Virus record (IMG/VR): IMGVR_UViG_3300029395_000163
Length of the DNA stretch: 64,000 nt
Strand: one strand, 5' to 3'
DNA from: a virus
Shown piece by piece: positions 36,155 to 46,357 of this stretch (position 1 is the first letter of the stretch; every line of letters starts with the position of its first letter). The notes under the pieces were generated by a model that saw only the letters and a list, made by a program, of their open reading frames with translations, searched no databases and had not been told where the DNA came from. The position numbers and the translations under genes are program-made.

Positions 36155-37483
36155 TTGATTTCAGATCAACAAGCGGAATCAGGTGTAATTGCGACATTGA
36201 TGTATCATCCAGATTTTATACTTCATACCGATTATCTTAAGCCGGGATATTTTTACGATGTATGCAATGGATGTATTTTTTGGGCTATACAAGAGTTATA
36301 CAAAAACGGAATAGAAACGATAGACGCAATAAATATAAGCAGTATGTTAAATTCGAACAGAGCAGTAAAGAAGAGAATCCAGTCATATAATTTAACAGAT
36401 ATTCAAGAATTCATAAATATGGCTCAATATGGGGCTCGGCATAGTTTGGAAGAGTACAAATTTTTGGTGAATATTGTAGTAACATGTTCATTTAAAAGAG
36501 ATATGTATAATAATGCTGCAGAGATCCAATCTCAATGCCTCAATCCAGATATTACGCTTAATGACTTAAACAAGTCGGTGAATGATAGAAACAGTAAGAT
36601 AACAGAACAATATCTCGTAAGTAATGAGATAGAAATGTTCGGAGATAAGATGGATCGTTTATGGGAAGAGATAGAGGAATCGCGAACAGATGACGGAATT
36701 TGCGGATTGCCTTCAAAGTTCCCGGCATTAAGCGAATATTTCACATATGAAAGGAAAGAGTTAGTATTATTAGTTGCAAGAATGAAAAAAGGTAAAAGCT
36801 TTTTCTTTCTGAATGAAGCCATGTTTCAGTTAAAACACGGCGTACCGATTTTATATCTTGACACAGAGATGTCTTCAAAAGCCTTTCTTCTAAGGGCATT
36901 ATCCAATTTAACAGGTCTTAGCATAAAGACGATCAAAAATGGTAAATATGACAAAGCAGGAGCAGAAAGATTAGCAAGAGCAAGAGCGTTCTTGAAACAA
37001 GCTCCGTTCGTTCATATGTATATTCCGAACTCGTCAAAGGAAGAAATATACTCTATTTGCAAAGTACTAAAATACAAGATGAATCTGGAATTGGTTATTT
37101 ATGATTACATAAAGGAAGACGAAGGAACATCTTCTGAAATTTATAATCAGCTTGGAGCTATGACGACATTTTTAAAGAACACGATTGGCGGAGAACTTGA
37201 TTTGGCTGTACTTGCAGGAGCACAGCTTAATAGACAAGATGAAATTGCCGATAGTGACAAAATTGCTCGATACGTTTCAACTATTATGCTTTGGCAGGAA
37301 AAGACATCAGAAGAGATACAGCAAGATGGAGGACTAGAATACGGAAATTTCGCTATAAGGATTCCGACAAATAGAAATGGTTGTCAGACAGGAGACGGAG
37401 AGTATATATCTATGTCATTTGACGGCGAAGTTGCGAGAATATGGCAACCTAAGCAGCCTCCTAGATTACCATTCATAGCATGA
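36155..37483 (+). CDS. DnaB-like replicative helicase (start uncertain)
   Basis: DnaB N-terminal domain (QQAESGVIATLMYHPD), a Walker-A-like ARMKKGKS, and a RecA-like C-terminal domain. Confidence 0.65.
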   Translation: MISDQQAESGVIATLMYHPDFILHTDYLKPGYFYDVCNGCIFWAIQELYKNGIETIDAINISSMLNSNRAVKKRIQSYNLTDIQEFINMAQYGARHSLEEYKFLVNIVVTCSFKRDMYNNAAEIQSQCLNPDITLNDLNKSVNDRNSKITEQYLVSNEIEMFGDKMDRLWEEIEESRTDDGICGLPSKFPALSEYFTYERKELVLLVARMKKGKSFFFLNEAMFQLKHGVPILYLDTEMSSKAFLLRALSNLTGLSIKTIKNGKYDKAGAERLARARAFLKQAPFVHMYIPNSSKEEIYSICKVLKYKMNLELVIYDYIKEDEGTSSEIYNQLGAMTTFLKNTIGGELDLAVLAGAQLNRQDEIADSDKIARYVSTIMLWQEKTSEEIQQDGGLEYGNFAIRIPTNRNGCQTGDGEYISMSFDGEVARIWQPKQPPRLPFIA

Positions 37484-37491
37484 GAAGGTAG

Positions 37492-38502
37492 GTGATTGAG
37501 ACGCATTACGACAGCGAAGCTCTTAAAGAGATGTGTGATCAAATAGATTTGCTTGAGTATGCAAAGCAAAGTGTTGATTTTACTAGAAGAGGTCGCGATA
37601 CTTATGCGGCTCATTGTCCTCTTCATGTAGATAAAACCCCGTCATTGTTTATAACGCCGAGCAGGAACGCATTTTATTGCCAGTCATGTCATCAAGGAGG
37701 CAATATTCTCACTTGGCTTATTAAGATGGAACACTTGTCTTTTAAAGAAGCGGCGGAAAAGATATGTCAGCTTTCTGGAAAAGATATTTCAAAAATGCAA
37801 ATATGCGAATCCCTTAGATATTATAAATCGTTAAAAAGGATGAAAGAAGATGAAGAACCTAAAATTATAAAAAGAGATATTTTACCAGAGCAAAGTATAG
37901 AAAAATATAGTGACGAGATTCCGCAGGAGTGGCTAGATGAAGGAATTTCTGCCGATATAATGAAGAAATTTCAGATAAGGATAGACAGATCGGCGAACAG
38001 AATTGTTTATCCGGTTCGCGATAAAAATTTCAATTTAATCGGATTCAAAGGAAGAACAAGATTTCAGAATTATAAAAGTCTAAACGTTCAAAAGTATATG
38101 AATTATACGAAAATCGGAACGATAGATTTTTTTGCAGGAATGAAAGAAAGCCATGATTATATAAAAGAAAAAAACGAAATCATAATCTTTGAGGGACTAA
38201 AGAGTGTGATGAAGTTATGGTCATGGGGAAAACAGTTTAATGCTGTCTCGTCAGAAACAAGTGTTTTAAACATGGAGCAAATAAAAATCATTTTAGAAAT
38301 GGGAATTAAGAATGTAGTCATAGCTTATGATAACGATGTCTATATTGGAGAAATAAGGAAAAAGATGCAATTCTTAAAACGCTTCGTAAATGTTTTTGCG
38401 GTTATAGATTCTAAGAAAATATTGAGTGGAGAAAAAATGGCTCCAGTTGATGATGGGGAAAAGATATGGAACGAGTTGTATGAAGGAAGAATTAAGATAT
38501 AA
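37492..38502 (+). CDS. dnaG: DnaG-type DNA primase
   Basis: Zinc-binding domain CPLHVDKTPSLFI....FYCQSCHQGGNILTWL, then a TOPRIM region IIIFEGLKSVMK...AYDNDVYIGE. Confidence 0.75.
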   Translation: MIETHYDSEALKEMCDQIDLLEYAKQSVDFTRRGRDTYAAHCPLHVDKTPSLFITPSRNAFYCQSCHQGGNILTWLIKMEHLSFKEAAEKICQLSGKDISKMQICESLRYYKSLKRMKEDEEPKIIKRDILPEQSIEKYSDEIPQEWLDEGISADIMKKFQIRIDRSANRIVYPVRDKNFNLIGFKGRTRFQNYKSLNVQKYMNYTKIGTIDFFAGMKESHDYIKEKNEIIIFEGLKSVMKLWSWGKQFNAVSSETSVLNMEQIKIILEMGIKNVVIAYDNDVYIGEIRKKMQFLKRFVNVFAVIDSKKILSGEKMAPVDDGEKIWNELYEGRIKI

Positions 38503-38507
38503 AAGGA

Positions 38508-38539
38508 GAGCTTAGTCAAAATAAATAAGCTCATTTTTT
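38508..38539 (+). terminator. Intrinsic terminator between primase and polymerase
   Basis: 7-bp stem GAGCTTA/TAAGCTC, 11-nt loop, T6. Confidence 0.45.
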
Positions 38540-38565
38540 GCGCTAAAAAACAGAAAAGGAGAACC

Positions 38566-41500
38566 ATGACAATCTTAGATTATGCAGTTAAAGCGAAAGA
38601 ACGGCTTGATTTTGTTTTCCCGTATGACTTAAAAGAATGGCTCGGAGATATGAATATGCTGATGGAAAACTATCATAAGCATACAACATGGTCTGATTTG
38701 GTTCAGATTGATTCCGCTACGAGCATGGAAGAATTTATAGAGTATTCAAAAGATTTGGGTTGCAAGAATTATTTTTCTGGAGAACATGGATATCAAGGGG
38801 AATGGCTTGCGGCGTATGACTTATGCACTCAAACAGGAGTAAATTTTAGATATTCAGTAGAAGCATATTGGGTAAAAGATATAAATAGTGTTACCACAGA
38901 AGAGTACATAGACAAAAAAGGAAACAAAAAAATAAGAGAAAAAAAAGACAATATGAATTGCCATATGATGATTGTTGCAAGGAATTACAAAGCAATGAGA
39001 AAGCTAAACTACATGATTTCGGTGGCTCATCAGGAAGGATTTTATTATAAGCCGCGAATCGACTTAAATATGCTTTTTGAGCTAGACGAAGATGACGTTT
39101 ATATTACATCTGCCTGCATTGCTGGGTGGAAATATGAGGATGCAACCGAAATTTGGTATAGAGTTGCAAAACATTTTGGAAGCAGCTTTTTTCTCGAATA
39201 TCAGGCAAACAATACAGATGAACAGAAGAAAATCAACAGTGTTATCTACGAGCTTTCTCAATCAGCCGGAATTAAAACAATTATTGGTTTGGATACTCAC
39301 TATATCAGTGAAGAAGATAGGATTAAAAGAGATAACCTTTTAAAGAGAAAAGGAATTCGATATCCCGAGGAAGATGGCTGGTATATGGATTTCCCGACTG
39401 GAACAGAAGTGTTTCAAAGAATGAATGAGCAAGGGGTTATACCTCCGGAAGAAATCATATATGCGATGATGAATACTCACGTATTTAACGAAGGATGTGA
39501 AGATCTAAACTACAATACAAAATTCAAAATACCAATCTTAGAAAAATACAAGGGTAAATCTTACGAAGAGAGATCGAAAATTTTGCTGGACTTGCTCAAC
39601 AAAAAATATAATGAAGAAGATTTTGAACATAGAACAGAAGACAGAAAAGAAGGTATGCTTTATGAATATTCTGAGATAGACGGAAGCGGAACGGTCGATT
39701 ATTTCTTAGATAATTACGAGCTTATTGATTTGGCGGTTAATAAATATGGAGGACACATAACTACTACTTCAAGAGGAAGTGCGAGTTCATATTATTCAAG
39801 TAAATTACTTGGATTTACAACTATGGATAGATTCGAAGCGGAAGTTCCTATTTACCCAGAAAGGTTTGTAACAAAGGACAGAATATTAAATTCCCATCAA
39901 ATGCCAGATATTGATATTAATTGCCAATCACAAGAGCCATTCGTTTTGGCAGGCAAAGAACTATGTGGAGAACATGGTTGTTATCCATTACTTGCTGTTG
40001 GTAGACTGAAGGAGAAGAACGGATTTAAGCTTTACGCGGGAGTGAACGGAATTGAACCTTCAGTAGCAAATGAAATTACTAAAAGTATTGATCGATATAA
40101 TGAGGCTCTCAAAAATGCAGAAGAAGAGGATAAAGACCTTATAAATATTGAAGATTATATTACAGATGAATATCATTTACAATTATTCAATGAAAGTAAG
40201 TCATATCAGGAAATCATTGAACAAGCGAAGGTTCATGCTTGTGGTTTTGCTTTATTTAACGGAGTTATTGGAGAAGAAGATGTTCCCGGATATGGAGATA
40301 TTCGATATGAGATAGGACTTATTCGTTGCCATTCCGAAAGTACAGGAAAGACAACCATTGTTGCAAATATTGAAGGAAGTTTGCTTGATAAATACGGATA
40401 TGTAAAAGACGATTTCTTAATCGTAGATGTTGTAGGTATTATACATAAGCTGTATTCAGCGATTGGGCGCGAAGTTCCGACTGTTACAGAATTAAGAAAA
40501 ATGGTAACTGATGACGAAAAAACATGGAAGATGTACGAAATTGGTGCGACATGTTGTTTAAATCAGTGCGAAAAAGCTTCTACTACTAAAAAGGTCATGA
40601 AGTTTAAACCGAAAAATATTAAGGAATTAGCTGCATTTATTGCAGGCATAAGACCCGGGTTTAAATCACTGATAGACGGATTTTTGGATAGAGTGGAGTA
40701 CACGAACGGAGAACCGGCAATCGACGATTTGCTGGAAGATTGTTTTCATTACATGTTGTACCAAGAAGCAGTAATGAAGATTTTTTCGTGGCTCGGAATC
40801 GAAATGAAAGATAGTTACGACACGATAAAGAAAATCAGCAAAAAGAAATTAAAAGGCGAAGCACTGCAGCACGTAGAAGACACGTTAAGAGAACATTGGT
40901 TACAAAATATCGGGAATCTAGATAATTTCGAACCAGTGTATAAAGTAATTAAGGATTCGGCGAGATATAGCTTCAATGCTCCTCATGCTCTGGCAATGGC
41001 GAACGACAGTTTATATGAAGCGTGGATGAAAGCGAATTATCCGTCTGTATTCTATGAAGTAACATTGAATCACTATCAAGAAAAAGGAGATAAGAATAAA
41101 GTCGCTGAGTTGATTCACGAAGCTAGAGTGGTTTTCGGCTATAAAATGGGAACCTATGAGTACGGCAAAGATAATACGAAATTTACGGTAGATGATTCAG
41201 ATAAGATTATTTATCCTAACTTATCAAGTGTTAAAAGCATTGGAGATAAAGCGGTAGAGGCTATGATGGAAATATCTAAAACTGATAAAAAAGATATTCT
41301 TGATATTTACGCCGCAATAAAGGGAACAAAAATAAATTCATCTGTATTCAGAAAACTTGTAAAGATTAATTATTTCAAGCAGTACGGAACTATTAAGTAT
41401 ATACTTCGATGCTTAGATGTTTACGACAAATGGGCGGGCAGAAAAACCATTTCAAAATCAGATATCCCGCAGTTAGGGTTACAGAACATAAACCTTAAGA

Positions 41501-41997
41501 AATATACAACAGATGTAACTCCAAAAGGAAATATAAGTAAAAAGAGATTGGTTATTTACGACATAATGGGGTTAATAAAGTCCATATGTTCGAATATATC
41601 AGAAGAAGAATTCCCGTCTCCAATCATGGCTCAGTTCCAGTATGAGATTCTTGGGTATATAGATTATAGGGACGAAGGAGTGATGGATGGATATAGGACG
41701 GTATGCGTAACCAATTTAGACACAAGATATTCCCCTAAATTTGATGCATATTGTATTAAGAATGGGGAGATTTCGGAAATGAAGATTCACAAGAAAAAGA
41801 ACTTCAGGGATAAAAGATGCAAAACCAGCTTTCAAGATTTAAAAATCCAAGACGGAGACATTATTTATATACGAGACTGCAAAAAAGAACCAAAAAGGCG
41901 AAAAACGGACAATGGATGGGAAGACATTCCAGATGCATACGATTGGTGGATTAAAGATTACGATGTCTTGTATAAAGCACATAAGGAGGCAGCTTGA
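38566..41997 (+). CDS. dnaE: DNA polymerase III alpha subunit (DnaE/PolC-type, PHP domain plus polymerase core), 1143 aa
   Basis: PHP motifs near the N-terminus (HKHTTWSD...GEHGY) and the FNAPHALAMANDSLYEAWMKANYP finger motif. Confidence 0.8.
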   Translation: MTILDYAVKAKERLDFVFPYDLKEWLGDMNMLMENYHKHTTWSDLVQIDSATSMEEFIEYSKDLGCKNYFSGEHGYQGEWLAAYDLCTQTGVNFRYSVEAYWVKDINSVTTEEYIDKKGNKKIREKKDNMNCHMMIVARNYKAMRKLNYMISVAHQEGFYYKPRIDLNMLFELDEDDVYITSACIAGWKYEDATEIWYRVAKHFGSSFFLEYQANNTDEQKKINSVIYELSQSAGIKTIIGLDTHYISEEDRIKRDNLLKRKGIRYPEEDGWYMDFPTGTEVFQRMNEQGVIPPEEIIYAMMNTHVFNEGCEDLNYNTKFKIPILEKYKGKSYEERSKILLDLLNKKYNEEDFEHRTEDRKEGMLYEYSEIDGSGTVDYFLDNYELIDLAVNKYGGHITTTSRGSASSYYSSKLLGFTTMDRFEAEVPIYPERFVTKDRILNSHQMPDIDINCQSQEPFVLAGKELCGEHGCYPLLAVGRLKEKNGFKLYAGVNGIEPSVANEITKSIDRYNEALKNAEEEDKDLINIEDYITDEYHLQLFNESKSYQEIIEQAKVHACGFALFNGVIGEEDVPGYGDIRYEIGLIRCHSESTGKTTIVANIEGSLLDKYGYVKDDFLIVDVVGIIHKLYSAIGREVPTVTELRKMVTDDEKTWKMYEIGATCCLNQCEKASTTKKVMKFKPKNIKELAAFIAGIRPGFKSLIDGFLDRVEYTNGEPAIDDLLEDCFHYMLYQEAVMKIFSWLGIEMKDSYDTIKKISKKKLKGEALQHVEDTLREHWLQNIGNLDNFEPVYKVIKDSARYSFNAPHALAMANDSLYEAWMKANYPSVFYEVTLNHYQEKGDKNKVAELIHEARVVFGYKMGTYEYGKDNTKFTVDDSDKIIYPNLSSVKSIGDKAVEAMMEISKTDKKDILDIYAAIKGTKINSSVFRKLVKINYFKQYGTIKYILRCLDVYDKWAGRKTISKSDIPQLGLQNINLKKYTTDVTPKGNISKKRLVIYDIMGLIKSICSNISEEEFPSPIMAQFQYEILGYIDYRDEGVMDGYRTVCVTNLDTRYSPKFDAYCIKNGEISEMKIHKKKNFRDKRCKTSFQDLKIQDGDIIYIRDCKKEPKRRKTDNGWEDIPDAYDWWIKDYDVLYKAHKEAA

Positions 41998-42529
41998 TAT
42001 TTTAGATTTATACAAATACACAGATAAAGAAAAGGAATTATTATTAGAATCTATGGTTATTTTGATAGACACAAGAGAGAAGAAAATAGATCATATAATT
42101 AGCAGTTTCGATAAAGCTGGGATTAAATACAAAATAAAGACATTAAAATATGGAGATTACAGTTTTTTGCTGACTAAAAATCCCGAGCTGGGAATTCCGA
42201 GAGACATATCTTTTGAAGGAAAGGTAGTCGTTGAAAGAAAAGGCAGTTTAGAGGAGCTGTCTACGAATCTAACAAAAGGAAGAGATAGGATTGAAAAGGA
42301 GTTTGCTCTTGCCCCATATGAAAAAGTCTTGCTCGTAGAAAACGCCGGCTATTCAGACATAGCGGATGGGAACTACAGAGGAGATTATAATAAAAAGTCT
42401 TTTCTTGCATCAATTCATACATTTTGGTTTAAATATCATATCCCTGTATTCTTCATGCCGGATCACAAATATTCTCCGCTTTTTATTAAAAAATATTTCG
42501 AATATTATTTAAAAAATTATATGAGGTAG
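41912..42529 (+). CDS. ERCC4/XPF-Mus81-type (restriction-endonuclease-fold) nuclease. Start is uncertain; the TAAGGAGG at 41982 suggests initiation near 41999.
   Basis: Motif order IDTREKK ... GDYSF ... VVVERKGSLEELSTNL matches the D..RE / GDY / ERK..DL..S pattern of the ERCC4 domain. Confidence 0.45.
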   Translation: MDGKTFQMHTIGGLKITMSCIKHIRRQLDILDLYKYTDKEKELLLESMVILIDTREKKIDHIISSFDKAGIKYKIKTLKYGDYSFLLTKNPELGIPRDISFEGKVVVERKGSLEELSTNLTKGRDRIEKEFALAPYEKVLLVENAGYSDIADGNYRGDYNKKSFLASIHTFWFKYHIPVFFMPDHKYSPLFIKKYFEYYLKNYMR

Positions 42530-42532
42530 ATT

Positions 42533-42736
42533 ATGAAAAATTACTTAGTATCAGCAAGAATTGTTCTTCCCGTATTAGATGTAGCTAACAAAGACGAAGC
42601 CGAAAACTTCATTAGAAATACTTTTAGAGCGTTCTCTCCAAGATTAAATTTAGACATTTATGCGGTTGATGATTTCGATGACATAACAATAGAGGACGAA
42701 TCAGAGAAAAAACAAGAGGAAATTCAGAAGATATAA
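42533..42736 (+). CDS. Small acidic protein (67 aa)
   Basis: ORF with a GAGGTA RBS. Confidence 0.45.
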   Translation: MKNYLVSARIVLPVLDVANKDEAENFIRNTFRAFSPRLNLDIYAVDDFDDITIEDESEKKQEEIQKI

Positions 42737-42757
42737 TTGCAGAAAGGGGATGGTTAT

Positions 42758-43495
42758 ATGTTCATGATAACAGGAGATACTCACGGAGACTGGATAAGAA
42801 GATTAAGGAAGGAATCTTTTCCAGAGCAGAAAGTCATGACTAGAGACGACTATGTGTGTATTGCCGGAGATTTTGGAATCTGGAATAATTCAGCGGAAGA
42901 AAATTATAAGCTAGATTGGCTGGAAGAGCGTAATTTTACGACTTTATTCGTTGAAGGAAATCACAGCAATTATGACATATTAGACAATGTTCCTGTAAAA
43001 ACGTGGAACGGCGGAAAAGTACATTTTATTCGTCCGCATGTGATTCATCTCATGAGAGGACAAGTTTATAACATCGACGGGAAAAAGATATTTACTTTTG
43101 GCGGCGCAAAAAGCCACGACATCCAAGATGGGATTCTTGAGATAGGAGATTCAAGGATTAAAAAGTGGATAGCTGACCCGTACAAGATGTTTCGAGTCAA
43201 TCATTTGAGCTGGTGGAGTCGTGAACTACCAAATGATGCAGAAATGTTAGAAGGAATTCATAATTTGGAGGAAAATGACAATATAGTAGATTATATTATT
43301 ACTCATTGCACATCTACTTCTTTACAGGACAAAATGTCTAATGGATTTTTCAAATCAGATAAGTTAACTGATTATTTCGATAATATAAGGGAAAAGACAG
43401 ATTTTAGTTGCTGGATTTTCGGTCATTACCACGATAATTTGAAGGTAACTGAACGAGATATATGTTTGTACGAACAGATAGTCAGATTATTTTAA
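42758..43495 (+). CDS. Calcineurin-like metallophosphoesterase (245 aa)
   Basis: GDTHGD, GDFG, GNHSNYD and GHYHD motifs. Confidence 0.65.
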   Translation: MFMITGDTHGDWIRRLRKESFPEQKVMTRDDYVCIAGDFGIWNNSAEENYKLDWLEERNFTTLFVEGNHSNYDILDNVPVKTWNGGKVHFIRPHVIHLMRGQVYNIDGKKIFTFGGAKSHDIQDGILEIGDSRIKKWIADPYKMFRVNHLSWWSRELPNDAEMLEGIHNLEENDNIVDYIITHCTSTSLQDKMSNGFFKSDKLTDYFDNIREKTDFSCWIFGHYHDNLKVTERDICLYEQIVRLF

Positions 43496-43505
43496 GGAGA
43501 AATAT

Positions 43506-44000
43506 ATGAAAAGACAAATTAGAAGAAATGTTTTCGAAACCAATTCAAGTTCAATGCATAGCTTATCAATCAAAGGAAGAAAGGGAATAACGGAGTATCT
43601 CCCTGTAGATACGGATAGCAATAAAGTAATTACGAAATTTGGTGAATTTGGGTGGGGATACGAAAGGTACAAGGACCCAGAAACTAAATTATCATATCTT
43701 GCGACGATGCTTATAGAAACGCATCCATTTTGTTTCTCTCTCGAAGAATTGTATGAAACTGAAGATTTCAAGAAAATCAATGACGTTGTTGCTTCAAGAT
43801 GTAAATGTGACGGAATCATAATTAATGAAGAAATAAAAGAGGTTTGCTATGAAGGTATGAGCTGGGCAGACCACGATGGCTATATTGATCATCTATCAGT
43901 AAAAAGAATAGACGATTTGATGAAAGAATATGGCTGCACAATAGAAGAATTTATTTTCGATAAAGGAATTAAGCTGATAATTGATAACGACAATCACTAG
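43506..44000 (+). CDS. Hypothetical protein, paralog A (164 aa), with a conserved N-terminal 25-aa tag
   Basis: MKRQIRRNVFETNSSSMHSLSI... shared with 44010..44420. TAAGGAGAA RBS. Confidence 0.55.
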   Translation: MKRQIRRNVFETNSSSMHSLSIKGRKGITEYLPVDTDSNKVITKFGEFGWGYERYKDPETKLSYLATMLIETHPFCFSLEELYETEDFKKINDVVASRCKCDGIIINEEIKEVCYEGMSWADHDGYIDHLSVKRIDDLMKEYGCTIEEFIFDKGIKLIIDNDNH

Positions 44001-44009
44001 GAGGAATAT

Positions 44010-44420
44010 ATGAAAAGACAGATTAGAAGAGGGACATTTGAAACTAATAGTAGTAGCACCCATAGTTTGTCAATCTGTAGCGAAGAGAAATTCAATCAGT
44101 GGGAAAATGGAAAGCTCGCTTATAGAGAGTATGAAGATGAGTTTGTAAAGATTCCAGATTTATCGCGAGACGAAAAAGAAAGAGCTCGACAAGATTACGA
44201 GGATCACAAAGATGAGTACGCTAAAGACTGGGATGAGTTATCTGAGGATTTAAAAGAAAAATATTATACTAAATATTCAGAAGATATTCATGCTGAGGAT
44301 ATTGATGCAGAGACCTTCAGAGAATGGAGTCATGATTGTTATCTTGAAACGTTTGTAAAACATTATACTACAGAAAGTGGAGATAAAATCGTTGCGTTTG
44401 GAAAGTGGGGATATGAATAA
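44010..44420 (+). CDS. Hypothetical protein, paralog B (136 aa), with the same N-terminal tag and a divergent acidic body
   Basis: MKRQIRRGTFETNSSSTHSLSI...; the nucleotides differ at synonymous sites. Confidence 0.55.
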   Translation: MKRQIRRGTFETNSSSTHSLSICSEEKFNQWENGKLAYREYEDEFVKIPDLSRDEKERARQDYEDHKDEYAKDWDELSEDLKEKYYTKYSEDIHAEDIDAETFREWSHDCYLETFVKHYTTESGDKIVAFGKWGYE

Positions 44421-44467
44421 TAGCAAGATGATTTGAGTTAGTAAGAGTATTTTTGGAGGATATAAGA

Positions 44468-45364
44468 ATGGAACTGTTAGGAAAATATAAAAATGGAAAT
44501 TATACCGTTTCAATTTTTTCGGACGGTACAAAAGTCAGAGAGACAAACGAGGATTGGTTCTGTCCGGAATGGGCTGAAAATATGGATATAAAGATAACGA
44601 ACGAATGTTCTATGAATTGCGCTTTTTGTCACGAAGGAAGCACTCCAGCCGGAAAACACGGAGATATCCTAAATGAAAAATTTGTTGACACGTTGCATCC
44701 ATATCAAGAAGTCGCAATCGGCGGCGGAAACGTATTAGAACATCCAGATTTAATTTTGTTTCTTGAAAAGCTTAGAGATCGAAAAGTGATTGCAAATATT
44801 ACAGTTAACCAAGTTCATTTTGAACAGAATTTTAAACTTATCCAAAAGCTTGTAAGCGAAAAACTGATTTACGGGCTTGGCGTTTCACTGGTAAATCCGA
44901 CAGGAGATTTTATATCAAAAATTTCTACTATACCAAATGCAGTAATTCACGTAATTAACGGAATTTTGAAGCCAGAAGATATTGAAAGCTTAAGAGATAA
45001 AGATTTAAAGATTTTGATTCTTGGATATAAGCAATTAAGAAGAGGATTTGATTATCTTATCGAATCTTATGAAGAAGTAAGAGAAAACCAGAAGTGGCTG
45101 TACGATACTCTTTCGGATATCCTTTCAATGTTTAAAGTCGTGAGTTTTGACAATCTCGCTATTGAGCAGCTCGAAGTAAAAAGACTCGTGAAAGACGACG
45201 AATGGGAAGAATTTTACATGGGAGACGATGGAAATTTTACTTATTATATAGATATGGTTGAAAGAAAATTTGCCCAAAGCTCAACTGCTCCGTTCGATAA
45301 GAGACACGACTTGTTGGATTCAGTGGATGAGATGTTTAAAATAATTGGAGTCACCCATAAATAG
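44468..45364 (+). CDS. Radical SAM enzyme (298 aa)
   Basis: CSMNCAFC (Cx3Cx2C) near residue 50 and GGGN, with GGAGGA 7 nt upstream of the ATG. No SPASM-like extra Cys cluster. Confidence 0.65.
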   Translation: MELLGKYKNGNYTVSIFSDGTKVRETNEDWFCPEWAENMDIKITNECSMNCAFCHEGSTPAGKHGDILNEKFVDTLHPYQEVAIGGGNVLEHPDLILFLEKLRDRKVIANITVNQVHFEQNFKLIQKLVSEKLIYGLGVSLVNPTGDFISKISTIPNAVIHVINGILKPEDIESLRDKDLKILILGYKQLRRGFDYLIESYEEVRENQKWLYDTLSDILSMFKVVSFDNLAIEQLEVKRLVKDDEWEEFYMGDDGNFTYYIDMVERKFAQSSTAPFDKRHDLLDSVDEMFKIIGVTHK

Positions 45365-45372
45365 GAAGAAAT

Positions 45373-45954
45373 ATGAATTACTACATAAGCGATACTCACT
45401 TAGGTCATAAAAATATTATGAAGCTCGATGAACAGGACGGCGGAAGACACTTTGAAAATATTGAAGAACATGACAATTTGATCGTTGAAAACTGGAACAA
45501 AACAGTAACATCAAGCGATAAAGTATATATCCTCGGAGATTTTAGCTGGATGAATGCTCGTGATACGGAAGAGATTCTTCGAAAGCTTAATGGAGTGAAA
45601 TTCCTTATAAAAGGAAATCACGATGGATGGAGTGAAAACAGTAACTGTAGAGGATATTTTCAAGGAATTTATGATTATAAAATGATTAAAGATAATGGTA
45701 GGAAAGTTGTTTTGAGTCATTATCCGATTCTTTTCTATCAGAATCAGCATAAAGGAGCGATTCATTTGTACGGACATGTCCATAACACAAAGGAAGAGGA
45801 ATTGTTCCAAATAGCAATCACAAATGTTTCCTCAGACATAGGTATCCCAGTGAATTCTTATAATGTAGGCTGTATGCTTAAACATATGGATTACACTCCG
45901 AGAACTTTAGATCAAATCCTAAAACAGAAGGAAGATATAATAATTAGAAAATAA
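45373..45954 (+). CDS. Calcineurin-like metallophosphoesterase (193 aa)
   Basis: SDTHLGH, GDF, GNHD and GHVH motifs. Confidence 0.65.
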   Translation: MNYYISDTHLGHKNIMKLDEQDGGRHFENIEEHDNLIVENWNKTVTSSDKVYILGDFSWMNARDTEEILRKLNGVKFLIKGNHDGWSENSNCRGYFQGIYDYKMIKDNGRKVVLSHYPILFYQNQHKGAIHLYGHVHNTKEEELFQIAITNVSSDIGIPVNSYNVGCMLKHMDYTPRTLDQILKQKEDIIIRK

Positions 45955-45988
45955 AGATTACTTGATAGATAGGGAGGTTGTTGCGAAA

Positions 45989-46357
45989 ATGCACGATAAA
46001 ATATTAATATTGGCAGCTATGATTCTGGGACATATTTTAGCTGATTATAACCTACAGGGTTGGCTTGCTTCTGCAAAGCAGAGAAAATACTGGAAAGAAA
46101 ACGCTCCTAAGAAAATGTATCAATACGATTATATCATGGCATTATTTATGCATAGCTTTTGCTGGACATGTTTAATAATGATACCGGTACTGATTAGTGA
46201 GCAGCATATTTATTTTTGGATGTTAGCTTTTCTCAATACCGCAATACATATGTATGTGGATAATGAGAAGGCAAATAAAGAAACGATAAATTTAGTTGAA
46301 GATCAAATTATTCATTTAATTCAAATATTTTTAACTTGGAGCATACTCATATTGTAG
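45989..46357 (+). CDS. Polytopic membrane protein, DUF3307-like (122 aa)
   Basis: HILADYNLQGW motif and four hydrophobic helices. GGGAGG precedes the ATG at 45989. Confidence 0.45.
   Translation: MHDKILILAAMILGHILADYNLQGWLASAKQRKYWKENAPKKMYQYDYIMALFMHSFCWTCLIMIPVLISEQHIYFWMLAFLNTAIHMYVDNEKANKETINLVEDQIIHLIQIFLTWSILIL

Noticed and set aside
44468-45364. SPASM/RRE-containing RiPP maturase assignment for the radical SAM enzyme
   Set aside because: No second or third Cys cluster in the C-terminal half. Only the Cx3Cx2C site is evident, so any RiPP link is hypothetical.
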